64,000 nucleotides of DNA, taken from assembly GCA_944390885.1 (NCBI GenBank), contig CALXRP010000008.1, positions 5,019 to 69,018 on the forward strand, given 5' to 3'. The translations under genes were made by a program, and so were the position numbers. Shown here piece after piece: positions 8,517-17,556 of this stretch (positions are counted from its first letter, which is position 1; each line of letters starts with the position of its first letter). Origin of the DNA: an uncultured Alphaproteobacteria bacterium. GTDB lineage: Bacteria > Pseudomonadota > Alphaproteobacteria > RF32 > CAG-239. The notes under the pieces are model-generated. The model searched no databases and was not told the DNA's origin. It saw nothing but the letters and a program-made list of their open reading frames with translations.

Positions 8517-9923
8517 ATGAATAACACTATGCTACACATGAAACTTAACTCTGCGGTGTCAACCTTTGCCGTTGCCGCTGCTTTCGCCGTCTTCCTCCCG
8601 CCTTCCAATGCTTCGGCAGGTGTTTGCTTTCTGCCCGACTGTCAGGATGATGAGGTTGTTCAGGGCGATATTAATATGGACATTAACGAAGATTCCAGAT
8701 TTTGTGAGGAGAAAGGCTATACCTATTATTCTTCCGGCGAATGTCCGCAATATCAGGCTAAAGTCGGTACTTGTTCCCGTGATGATCATTACCTGAAATG
8801 TGATGCCGTTACCTGGTGTAAGAACAACGGCTATAATACGCAAACCTGTTCTCTGCCGTCCTTCGTAGACGGACAATGTCCGAACGGCAAACCTTATTAC
8901 AAACAATGTAAAGAAGACCGGCCGAGAGCCTGCCGCGAACAAGGCTATGTCAATTCTTGTTCTTCCGGACGGCTTTATGCTACCTCAAACCGCTGTCCCT
9001 GGGATAATTCTTACGGTAAATGCTGCACCGCTTCTCCGTCGACAGGTTGTCCGACCGATTATAAGGTTACCTGTGATTCTTCCCGTGGATCATCCGGAAC
9101 GGATACCTGCGGATATACCTGTTATCGCTGCTGTGATGATACCTGCCCGTCCGGAACTTCTAAAAATTACACCGGATCATACTCAACAACAACCGAATGC
9201 GGTACCAGATGTAACAGATGTAAATCTTGTCCGTCCGGTTCCAGTACTTCTTATACCGGATCTTATGCCGGAACGACCGAATGTAACGGCGGACAAAGCT
9301 GTTATAAATGTAATGATACCTGTCGAACGGGAGAAAAATCGGTTTCTTGTTCCTCGACTTATAAAAAGGTAAAGGTATCAACAACCGAATGCGGAACAGG
9401 ATGTTATGAGTGTCAATATAATACAGATTGTAATGTTACATCAAAATCATGCACCTATGGTTGTGCCTATACTAACTCCTGCGGTAAATGTATATCCTGT
9501 AAGTCTCATAGCCATAGCTATTCCTGCCCCTCCGGCTATCAGTCATCTTCCTGCGGATCAGGTTATACAACATCGGGTACAGCATATAAAACATGTTCTT
9601 GTGGGGCAACTTCTGGGACTTGTTATAAGTGTACCAAAAATTCAAGTGGTGGTTCCGGCGGAGGATCTTGCTGGATTGAGCACTCTTACCCATTTTCATC
9701 TTGTGCATCATCCAAGCGGGCTTATAACTCCGTTGATAGCAGATTGGCATGTCATTCGCACTCCGGCGGATGGGGATTTGACTTCCAATATTATTGTGAA
9801 GATCCCAATAATTATCTTTGGGAAACCCGTTGGGATTCCACTTGGACATGCTATTTTGCAACAAAATCGGAATGTGAAGCTAATTATAATCATTTGGCTA
9901 GTGGATATATTACAAACTCATAA
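8517..9923 (+). CDS. Secreted cysteine-rich modular protein, paralog A (468 aa). It is a novel family with no confident functional assignment.
   Basis: A signal peptide is present (MKLNSAVSTFAVAAAFAVFLPPSNASA). About 80 Cys occur in repeated modules (…SGTSKNYTGSYSTTTECGTRCNRCKSC…). An RBS (ggaaggagacc) lies upstream and a strong terminator downstream. The protein is near-identical to the 40345-41613 product over its N-terminal ~200 aa. Confidence 0.7.
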   Translation: MNNTMLHMKLNSAVSTFAVAAAFAVFLPPSNASAGVCFLPDCQDDEVVQGDINMDINEDSRFCEEKGYTYYSSGECPQYQAKVGTCSRDDHYLKCDAVTWCKNNGYNTQTCSLPSFVDGQCPNGKPYYKQCKEDRPRACREQGYVNSCSSGRLYATSNRCPWDNSYGKCCTASPSTGCPTDYKVTCDSSRGSSGTDTCGYTCYRCCDDTCPSGTSKNYTGSYSTTTECGTRCNRCKSCPSGSSTSYTGSYAGTTECNGGQSCYKCNDTCRTGEKSVSCSSTYKKVKVSTTECGTGCYECQYNTDCNVTSKSCTYGCAYTNSCGKCISCKSHSHSYSCPSGYQSSSCGSGYTTSGTAYKTCSCGATSGTCYKCTKNSSGGSGGGSCWIEHSYPFSSCASSKRAYNSVDSRLACHSHSGGWGFDFQYYCEDPNNYLWETRWDSTWTCYFATKSECEANYNHLASGYITNS

Positions 9924-9933
9924 CAAATATAAA

Positions 9934-9962
9934 AAAGGCTCCCGAAAAGGAGCCTTTTTTAT
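9934..9962 (+). terminator. Rho-independent terminator after Cys-rich paralog A.
   Basis: The hairpin aaaaaaggctcccgaaaaggagcctttttt is followed by a T-run. Confidence 0.7.
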
Positions 9963-10317
9963 ATGCTTTTTTTATTCGTCAAATAAAATCCCGCCGGGCA
10001 AAAGGAATTTGTTTCATGTTTTGATAATATCTTTTGTTCTATTTTTATAATTAATTTTATTAATTAATATTGCGTATTAAAATCTGATTTCTCGGCCGGT
10101 TAAACTTATCCCCATTTTTTTGCACATAAAAAATTAAAAATTTTCATTCCTTTTCTATATATAGCCATCTTATCTAGAACACATACTATATATAGTATAC
10201 GCCATAAATTTTTCATAAAATACCATAATTTCCCATTGCATACCATATTTTCCCATGTTATATAATTACTTGTTAACGGTAACAAGGGGTATGGCATTGA
10301 GAAAAACTTTTCTCTTT

Positions 10318-10761
10318 ATGGATACGATTATCAACAAGGTCGACGCAAAAGGCCGCGTTTCCTTGCCCTCAGATTACCGCGCAATCGTTAAAGAATTATC
10401 AACCGAAATTGTCTGTTACCGCAGCCTCACATCCCCTTGTATAGAAGGCTGTCTGGAAGATTTGCTCGATAAGCTGGCAACAGACATGGAAAATTCGCTC
10501 GACTTTTTCTCTCAAACCCAGGATGATTTGACGAATCTGATTTTTGGTGATGCCAAGCGCTTTCCCTTTGATAGCACCGGACGCATTGTCTTGACCGAAA
10601 AATTGTTGAAACACGCACAGATTACCGATACTGCCGTCTTTGTCGGAAAAGGGCGCAAATTCCAAGTCTGGAACCCTGAAAATTGGGAAAAAGAAGAAGC
10701 GCGTATTCGTGCTGAAGTGCTGAAGAATCGGCCGTCTCTGGCGCCAAAGGAGAATGTGTAA
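10318..10761 (+). CDS. mraZ: Transcriptional regulator MraZ.
   Basis: The sequence MDTIINKVDAKGRVSLPSDYRAIV... is a typical MraZ N-terminus of tandem SpoVT/AbrB-like domains. The gene lies immediately upstream of rsmH. Confidence 0.75.
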   Translation: MDTIINKVDAKGRVSLPSDYRAIVKELSTEIVCYRSLTSPCIEGCLEDLLDKLATDMENSLDFFSQTQDDLTNLIFGDAKRFPFDSTGRIVLTEKLLKHAQITDTAVFVGKGRKFQVWNPENWEKEEARIRAEVLKNRPSLAPKENV

Positions 10762-11684
10762 TGATCCCCGGTGGTTATAAAAAACATTTTCCTGTAATGT
10801 TGAACGAGGTTTTGCAAAGCCTTGCGCCGCAAGACGGTAAAGTTTATGTCGATGCGACTTTTGGCAACGGCGGATATACCGAGGCTATTTTGAAAGCGGC
10901 GGATTGCAAAGTTATTGCTCTTGACCGTGACCCGAATGTTATCCCGCGCGCCGAAGAACTAAAATCTCTTTATGGTTCCCGTTTTGAGTTTCGTCCCGGA
11001 CAATTCGGCAATTTTGCTGAGCTCGTGTCCGAACAGATTGACGGGGCTGTTTTTGATATTGGTGTTTCCTCTATGCAGTTGGATGAAGCCGGCCGCGGAT
11101 TTTCTTTTTCCAAAGATGCTCCGTTGGATATGCGGATGTCTTGTTCCGGGACGAGCGCTGCTGATATTGTCAATAATACGGCAGAAAAAGACCTCGCGGA
11201 TCTGATTTTTAAGTATGGCGAAGAAAAAAAATCACGCCGGATTGCTGCCCGGATTGTTGAGGTACGTCAAAATAAACCCATTCAAACAACCAAAGAATTG
11301 GCCGAAATCATTTATTCGGTCATTCATAAAACTCCCAATGCCATTGACCCTGCAACCCGGACGTTTCAGGCGCTTCGGATTGCCGTCAACAATGAGTTGG
11401 AAGAACTTGAAAACGGCCTTGAAGGCGCGGCCCGCCGGCTCAATCCGGGCGGAAAGCTTGTGGTTGTGAGCTTTCATTCTTTGGAAGACCGCATTGTAAA
11501 GACCTTTTTCAAAAATAATGCCGGCCCCAGGCGCCATGTTTCGCGCTATCGGCCGCAGACAGAAACAATGGATAGCGATTCGTTGTTTGCCGAATGCTCA
11601 AAAGCGATTGTTCCGTCCCGGCAGGAAACCGAGATAAACAAACGTTCGCGTTCGGCCAAACTTCGTTTTGCCGTAAAAAGATAA
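10761..11684 (+). CDS. rsmH: 16S rRNA (cytosine1402-N4)-methyltransferase RsmH (MraW).
   Basis: The SAM-binding motif DATFGNGGYT and the full-length RsmH architecture are present. The gene sits in the mraZ-rsmH-ftsL-ftsI operon context. Confidence 0.85.
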   Translation: MIPGGYKKHFPVMLNEVLQSLAPQDGKVYVDATFGNGGYTEAILKAADCKVIALDRDPNVIPRAEELKSLYGSRFEFRPGQFGNFAELVSEQIDGAVFDIGVSSMQLDEAGRGFSFSKDAPLDMRMSCSGTSAADIVNNTAEKDLADLIFKYGEEKKSRRIAARIVEVRQNKPIQTTKELAEIIYSVIHKTPNAIDPATRTFQALRIAVNNELEELENGLEGAARRLNPGGKLVVVSFHSLEDRIVKTFFKNNAGPRRHVSRYRPQTETMDSDSLFAECSKAIVPSRQETEINKRSRSAKLRFAVKR

Positions 11685-11717
11685 TAAGAACGCATAACCC
11701 AGAAAGGAAAAAGCGAC

Positions 11718-12104
11718 ATGAATAGCACAAGATCTGCAACCTTTGCACTTTGGGTAACTCTTACCTTCCTGCTTGGTTCAGGCATATTGGTGATGAAGAA
11801 TCAGGTTCAGGATCTCGAAGACCAGCTGATCGGCATCAACAAAAATATTCAGGAGGATATCAAGACTATTCATATTCTCAAAGCAGAATGGAGCCATCTC
11901 AACTCTCCGAAACGCCTGCGTCAGCTTGCTGAAAAACATATTTCGTTAAATCCGGTTCGTGCTGAACAAATTATTAACTATTCTCAGGTACCATTCGATT
12001 ATGAGGGAGGAGAAGCCGACAAGCGGATGCTTGCCCAACGCAATATTTCGACTTACGCCGCCCGCAACAAAGAATTGAAAAAACTGGCAAAATTTGAACA
12101 GTAA
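11718..12104 (+). CDS. ftsL: Cell division protein FtsL-like (single-TM coiled-coil).
   Basis: It is a small protein with an N-terminal TM segment and a coiled coil. It lies in the conserved position between rsmH and ftsI. Confidence 0.6.
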   Translation: MNSTRSATFALWVTLTFLLGSGILVMKNQVQDLEDQLIGINKNIQEDIKTIHILKAEWSHLNSPKRLRQLAEKHISLNPVRAEQIINYSQVPFDYEGGEADKRMLAQRNISTYAARNKELKKLAKFEQ

Positions 12105-12124
12105 GCAGCGCAGAAGCAAAGGAT

Positions 12125-13876
12125 ATGTGGGGAAAATATTTATCCAGAGGCCGGCGGGGAAATTTCTACCTTCCGGGACAGGAAATCAAAATCAACAAGA
12201 GTATGGCCTTTAACATACTTTCTTGTGAGCAGGATTCTCTCTCGACCTGCAAAGCCCGTATGCTCTCGGCAATTGCTGTTTTTGCCTTTGTATATATTGT
12301 TATCGCAGTCCGCTTGTTTACCGTTTGCATCAGCGGAGAAGCCGAAAAAGCTTTTGCTGTAGAAGACAATCCTTATCTTCATGCCTACATGCCCAATCCG
12401 ATAAAACGTGCCGATATTTTGGATCGCAACGGAATTATTATTGCCACATCACTGCCGACGGTCAATTTGTTCGCCAATCCCAAAAAGATTTTAAATGCCA
12501 AAAGCGCAGCCGTCAAACTTAACCGGATTCTGCCGGAACTGCGCTACGAAGACATTCTGCAAAAACTGACCCGCAGAGGCAGTTTTGTTTACATCAAACG
12601 CAACCTGACACCGTCGCAGCAATATCAGATCAATGCTCTGGGGATTCCCGGTCTGGAATTTGAGAGCGGAGAAAAGCGTGTCTATCCGCACAAAGGACTG
12701 TTTGCCCATGTTCTGGGCAATACCAATATTGACAATCTCGGCATCTCCGGTGTGGAAAAAAAGTTAAACGCCCGGTTGACCGAATCGGATATTCCGCTGC
12801 AAATGACAATTGATGCCGGCATCCAGGATACGATTCGTGAGCATCTGAAAGCTGCCGTTGAAAAATATAACGCCCTGGGCGCAACCGCAATTTTAATGGA
12901 TGTCAACACCTCAGAAATCCTTTCCATGATTTCCCTTCCTGATTTTGATCCCAATGATACAAGCCGACTGAAACCGCAGCAAATGTTCAATATGGCAACC
13001 AAAGGCGTTTATGAACCGGGATCCGTGCTGAAAGTTTTTAATACGGCAATGTCTTTGGACAGCGGCAAGGTTAAAGTGTCAGATAAATTTGATGCCACTC
13101 AGCCGCTCAAGTTGCGTTATAACGTTATCAAAGACTATCGTGGAGAAAACCGCTGGCTTTCCGTTCCGGAAGTTTTGATCTATTCTTCCAATATCGGTTC
13201 GGCCAGAATGGCTTTTGCAGCCGGTGGTAAAGAAGAACAAATGGAGTTTATGAAGAAAATCGGCTTTCTGAAAGAGTTACCGATAGAAGTCCCCGAGCGA
13301 GGAAAACCACTGGTTCCGCGGCGCTGGGATGAAGGAACAATCGCCACGGTTGCGTTCGGCTATGGCCTGGCTGTAACGCCATTGCATGTAATTACCGGAT
13401 TTTCCGCTATGGTAAACGGCGGGATTTATCATGCGCCGACTTTGTTAAAACAAGACCATAAAGATCCCGGCAAACGCGTTATTTCTTATCAAACTTCCAA
13501 GTCAATGCGGGAGCTTTTGCGCCTGGTTGTTGTTGAAGGATCTGGCAAAAGGGCAAATGTCAAAGGCTATGAAGTTGCCGGAAAGACCGGAACGGCCAAT
13601 AAACTCTCGGAAAAAGGAAAATACGTCGACAAAAAAGTTCGGACGACGTTTGTTGCCGCTTTCCCGATCTCCAATCCCAAATATGCATTATTGGTGATGA
13701 TGGATGAGCCAAAAGCCACGCCGGAAAGTTGGGGATTTGTAACATCCGGCTGGAATACCGTGCCGACTGCCGGAAAAATCATTGAGGCCATTGCCCCGCA
13801 GCTTAATATTAAGGCCAATTATGACCTTGATGAACTGCGCAACACCCGAATTATTGAAGCCTCATATTCCAGATAG
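12125..13876 (+). CDS. ftsI: Peptidoglycan D,D-transpeptidase FtsI (PBP3).
   Basis: The PBP dimerisation domain and the transpeptidase motifs SxxK (…ATKGVYEPGSVLK), SSN (YSSNIGS) and KTG (AGKTGTA) are present. The start is uncertain; an ATG at 12203 is also possible. Confidence 0.85.
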   Translation: MWGKYLSRGRRGNFYLPGQEIKINKSMAFNILSCEQDSLSTCKARMLSAIAVFAFVYIVIAVRLFTVCISGEAEKAFAVEDNPYLHAYMPNPIKRADILDRNGIIIATSLPTVNLFANPKKILNAKSAAVKLNRILPELRYEDILQKLTRRGSFVYIKRNLTPSQQYQINALGIPGLEFESGEKRVYPHKGLFAHVLGNTNIDNLGISGVEKKLNARLTESDIPLQMTIDAGIQDTIREHLKAAVEKYNALGATAILMDVNTSEILSMISLPDFDPNDTSRLKPQQMFNMATKGVYEPGSVLKVFNTAMSLDSGKVKVSDKFDATQPLKLRYNVIKDYRGENRWLSVPEVLIYSSNIGSARMAFAAGGKEEQMEFMKKIGFLKELPIEVPERGKPLVPRRWDEGTIATVAFGYGLAVTPLHVITGFSAMVNGGIYHAPTLLKQDHKDPGKRVISYQTSKSMRELLRLVVVEGSGKRANVKGYEVAGKTGTANKLSEKGKYVDKKVRTTFVAAFPISNPKYALLVMMDEPKATPESWGFVTSGWNTVPTAGKIIEAIAPQLNIKANYDLDELRNTRIIEASYSR

Positions 13877-14037
13877 ATTCTTAGTTACTTTCTGTAAAAA
13901 TTTTTTTTGATTATAAATAAAGTGAAATAAAAAATTCCAAAATGTAACATTGACCATTTCCCGGCTCTGCAGTACAAGTGTTAGAGATTTATAAAGATTT
14001 TGGATATAAAGTATAATAAAAAAAGAAAGGGTAAAAA

Positions 14038-15051
14038 ATGACAAAGATTGCTGTTGCCGGAGCCCAGGACAGCCTGGGGCGCGAAGTTTTAAGTTTTTTG
14101 GAAGAAGACGGCATTTCGGCCGCTGATATTACGGCACTCGATTCTAAAGCACCGCTCGGGACAATGGTTTCCTATGGCGAAGATGATGAATTGGATGTTT
14201 TTAACCTTGATGATTACGATTTCAAAGGCATTGATATTGCCATATTCGCGACGCCTTCTGCCGTATCAAAACGTTTTATCCCAAAAGCCTTGAACCGCGG
14301 TGTAAAAGTCGTTGACTGCTCAGATGCATTTTTTTCCGAAGCCGATGTCCCTCTGGTTATTGCCGGGGTAAATGATGAAAAGATCATGGCAGCATCACGC
14401 GGCCTGGTTTCGATTCCTTCAGCGCCGGTAGCTCAAATGCTTTTGCCTTTGTCGGAAGTCCACAAAAATTATTCAATAAAACGGATTATCGCGTCTACTT
14501 ATTCGTCCACTTCCATTTATGGTAAAGACGCCATGGATGAACTTTTTAATCAGACCCGCAAAATTTTTATGAACGATACGCTTGCCGATGATCAAAAAGT
14601 TTTTCACAAACAAATTGCGTTCAATGTTATTCCTCAGGTAGAAGAATTTATCGGTGATGAAACGGCCTGTGAATGGGCAATAAATGCACAGACCAAAAAA
14701 ATCTGGGGCGGCGATATCAAAATCCATGCCAATTGCGCGGTTATTCCGGCTTTTATCGGCTCAGCACAATATGTAAACGTTGAATGCGCCTCGGAAGTCG
14801 ATGTTGATGAAGTCAGAAAACTGATGAAGGCAACCAAAGGCGTTGTTGTTTTTGACAAGAACGTTGATGGCGGCTATGTAACGATTAACGATGTTCAGGG
14901 CGAGAGCGAAATTTATGTCAGCCGTCTGCGCCAGGATGTTTCTGTTGATAACGGTTTTAGCTTTTGGTGTGTCGCCGACAATCTGCGCGCCGGCATTGCC
15001 AAAAACGCTTTTGAAGTTATGAAACTGATGCTGGCGGCCACAAAACATTAA
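14038..15051 (+). CDS. asd: Aspartate-semialdehyde dehydrogenase family protein with non-canonical cofactor and active-site motifs. It may be a catalytically altered homolog.
   Basis: The protein is collinear with the ASD fold, matching Gram-positive/alpha-type Asd at …PLVIAGVNDE… and …STY…G…. Three canonical motifs are degenerate here. GATGAVG is GAQDSLG, NPNCST is IPSAPV, and QAVSGAG is SSTSIYG. Confidence 0.6.
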   Translation: MTKIAVAGAQDSLGREVLSFLEEDGISAADITALDSKAPLGTMVSYGEDDELDVFNLDDYDFKGIDIAIFATPSAVSKRFIPKALNRGVKVVDCSDAFFSEADVPLVIAGVNDEKIMAASRGLVSIPSAPVAQMLLPLSEVHKNYSIKRIIASTYSSTSIYGKDAMDELFNQTRKIFMNDTLADDQKVFHKQIAFNVIPQVEEFIGDETACEWAINAQTKKIWGGDIKIHANCAVIPAFIGSAQYVNVECASEVDVDEVRKLMKATKGVVVFDKNVDGGYVTINDVQGESEIYVSRLRQDVSVDNGFSFWCVADNLRAGIAKNAFEVMKLMLAATKH

Positions 15052-15072
15052 CAAAGGAAAGGGCATTAAGGC

Positions 15073-17556
15073 ATGAAAAAGTTTTTGAGCATTTTTCTGT
15101 TATCTTTTTTGTTGGCCGCTCCGACCATGGCACAAGAGGAAAAGGCTGCAAAAATAGAAGTTGATGCTGTTACGCGCGTTGTTGAATCCATCACATCGCC
15201 GGAAGTCAACTATCGCGAGGTAAACAAATCTCTTTCTCAAACGGAAGAAGCACTCAAAAGCAATAAAATTACCGTCAGCGAAATTTCTGATACCGTCAAA
15301 TTCTTAAGCGAAACCAGAACGCAGTTGTCCGATAGCAAAAAACAGGTCGAGAAAGAATTAAACTTCGTCCAAAAACGGATTGATGCTCTCGGCGAAGCGC
15401 CGGAAGACGGTTCGGAACCACCGCTGATTGCCAATAAGAGAAAAGAGTTTAACGAAGAGGCTTCTTCTCTGAAAAGTAAAATTGCCGAAATTGATCTGAT
15501 GCTGACCAAAATTGATGAACTGGACAGCCTGATTGTAAATGTCCGTAATCAAAAATTGTTGGGCAACCTTTTGGAACGCCAGCTTCCGCTTGTTTATCCG
15601 GCGGTGTTTTTCAATGATGCCCGCCTGTTTGTGGAGTTTGGCATAGACGCCATCCGCTCGCCGATAGACTGGTTTCAGGAACTCAATAATGAAGGGCGCG
15701 ATTTTGTAAAATCCAATCTGCTGCCGGTTACGGTTATCTTTCTGCTATGCCTGTGGCTTGGTGTCTATCTGCGTTTTTTCATTATGCGTCATTTTGGCTA
15801 TGACAATACGCTGGAACATATCTCTTACGGGCGAAAAGTTGCTGCGGCCATAGCGGTAGCGGTCGGATATGGTGTTATCCCGGCATTTTTGATCGGAGGG
15901 CTGCTTCTTTGGATGATCAGCTCGCAGGTGATGACGCTGGGGTTCTTCGGCATCCTGATAAACAGCTTTTTATACTTTACGTTAATAATGATTTTATGCA
16001 AAGCCGTCGCCAGGGTAATTTTTGCTCCGTATAATGAACGTTGGCGCCTGATAAGTTATTCAACAGATAAGGCCATAAAGGTAACCCATGCCATATATGT
16101 CAGCATTTTGCTGATCGGGGTAACGGCCTGGCTGGAGCATGTTGCGGAAAAAGCCGGCTATTCCCTTGAATTAATCGGTTTTCTCACTTCTGTTTCAAAC
16201 GCGGCTAAAGCTTTTTCCATTGCCTGGATTATCAAACATCTGGTATGGGAGGACATTCCGGAAGAAACCGAAGAAGAAAGTAGCGCTGATGATGAAAGTG
16301 AAGATGAAACATTAAGCCGGTCACTAAAGATAACATTTTTGACATCAATATTTGCCTTTGGTGTATTTTCTCTTTCGGTATTCGGTTATCCCTATCTTTC
16401 AGCCTTCATTTTCAACAAATTTATAGCCTCCGTACTGATTGTGGGAGCAATTATTATTTTCCGCAAGGCCGTAAACGAAGCATTGCACCGAATGTTGTTA
16501 TGGCGTTTCTGGGTACATACCTTCCGGATGCGCCGCAAGATAATCCGCAAGATTAATTTTTGGTCCGGATTGATTCTTGATCCGATTTTTATCATTTTTG
16601 GCGGATTGGCATTGTTGAGCCTTTGGGGCGTTTCAACAGATATTCTGATCCAAACCACGATCAAAGTAATGACTGGTTTTAACGTCGGCGGAATAGAAAT
16701 ATCGCCGTTGGCAATTATTATCGGGCTGATAGTTTTCTTCTTCTCCATTGCTGCCGTTCGCTCCATGAAGAGCAGATTGTTAAATAATGTTCTGGGCAAA
16801 ATGGATATCGAAGACGGCTTAAAACATTCTTTGGCTTCCGGATTCGGATTTTTGGGCTTTACGATAGCCGCGCTTTTGTCTTTTGCCATAATGGGCGGAA
16901 ACTTAAGAAATTTTGCCTTGGTTGCCGGTGCTTTGTCAGTCGGTATCGGTTTGGGTTTGCAGAATGTGGTCAACAACTTTGTATCAGGGATTATTCTGCT
17001 GTTTGAGCGCCCGATAAAAGTCGGCGACTGGGTCATTATTAACGGCGAAGAAGGAAAAGTAAAACAGATTAATATCCGCTCGACGGAAGTTGAAACGTTC
17101 AAACGTTCCAGCGTGATTATTCCGAACGCATCGCTGCTTTCCGGAACGGTAACCAACCTGACCCACAGCAACAACTGGGCGCGTTATTCGGTAAATGTCG
17201 GCGTTGCCTATGGTTCGGATACTGACCAGGTAAAAACTATTTTAATGGAAACGGCGCAAAATCATAAAAAAGTGCTGAAAAAACCGGCTCCTTATGTTTT
17301 GTTTCAGGATTTCGGCGCCAGCAGCCTGGAGTTTGAACTGCGTTTTTATGTCAATGATATTTGGGAAGGATGGACGGTTCCGAGTGATTTGCGCTTTGAA
17401 ATAAACCGTCGTTTCCGAGAAGAAGGAATAGAAATACCGTTCAGCCAGCTGGTTGTTCACCAAGGTAGTGAGGTTTCCAAAGAAACAGACAGCCAGTTCT
17501 ATGCGGCAAACAAAAAGAAAGGAAAAGCAGATGCTGCTGAAAAATCTTCAAAATAA
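15073..17556 (+). CDS. Mechanosensitive ion channel family protein (MscK/KefA-like, MscS domain).
   Basis: An 827 aa protein with a signal peptide, a periplasmic coiled-coil N-terminus and multiple TM helices. The C-terminal MscS signature is present (…LFERPIKVGDWVIINGEEGKVKQINIRSTEVET…). Confidence 0.8.
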   Translation: MKKFLSIFLLSFLLAAPTMAQEEKAAKIEVDAVTRVVESITSPEVNYREVNKSLSQTEEALKSNKITVSEISDTVKFLSETRTQLSDSKKQVEKELNFVQKRIDALGEAPEDGSEPPLIANKRKEFNEEASSLKSKIAEIDLMLTKIDELDSLIVNVRNQKLLGNLLERQLPLVYPAVFFNDARLFVEFGIDAIRSPIDWFQELNNEGRDFVKSNLLPVTVIFLLCLWLGVYLRFFIMRHFGYDNTLEHISYGRKVAAAIAVAVGYGVIPAFLIGGLLLWMISSQVMTLGFFGILINSFLYFTLIMILCKAVARVIFAPYNERWRLISYSTDKAIKVTHAIYVSILLIGVTAWLEHVAEKAGYSLELIGFLTSVSNAAKAFSIAWIIKHLVWEDIPEETEEESSADDESEDETLSRSLKITFLTSIFAFGVFSLSVFGYPYLSAFIFNKFIASVLIVGAIIIFRKAVNEALHRMLLWRFWVHTFRMRRKIIRKINFWSGLILDPIFIIFGGLALLSLWGVSTDILIQTTIKVMTGFNVGGIEISPLAIIIGLIVFFFSIAAVRSMKSRLLNNVLGKMDIEDGLKHSLASGFGFLGFTIAALLSFAIMGGNLRNFALVAGALSVGIGLGLQNVVNNFVSGIILLFERPIKVGDWVIINGEEGKVKQINIRSTEVETFKRSSVIIPNASLLSGTVTNLTHSNNWARYSVNVGVAYGSDTDQVKTILMETAQNHKKVLKKPAPYVLFQDFGASSLEFELRFYVNDIWEGWTVPSDLRFEINRRFREEGIEIPFSQLVVHQGSEVSKETDSQFYAANKKKGKADAAEKSSK

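Noticed and set aside
8559-10050. Long overlapping ORFs on other frames and strands inside and beyond the Cys-rich gene A (8559-8942 -, 8947-9372 +, 9406-10050 +). The same pattern occurs in gene B at 40951-41511 (+).
   Set aside because: These are shadow ORFs produced by the repetitive, codon-biased Cys-rich coding sequence. They have no RBS, no start context and no terminator logic, and 9406-10050 runs through the strong terminator at 9934-9962.
10100-10260. A candidate MraZ operator made of repeated TACCATA-N4-CCCAT direct repeats upstream of mraZ.
   Set aside because: The spacing of 16 nt does not match the characterised GTGGG-N5 triple-repeat MraZ box. The region is generally AT-rich, so repeats may be fortuitous. 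It is left as unreported apart from this note.
16392-17174. A 260 aa minus-strand ORF inside the mechanosensitive channel gene.
   Set aside because: It is fully embedded antisense to a well-supported 827 aa CDS carrying clear MscS motifs. Its composition is low-complexity and it is typical antisense noise.
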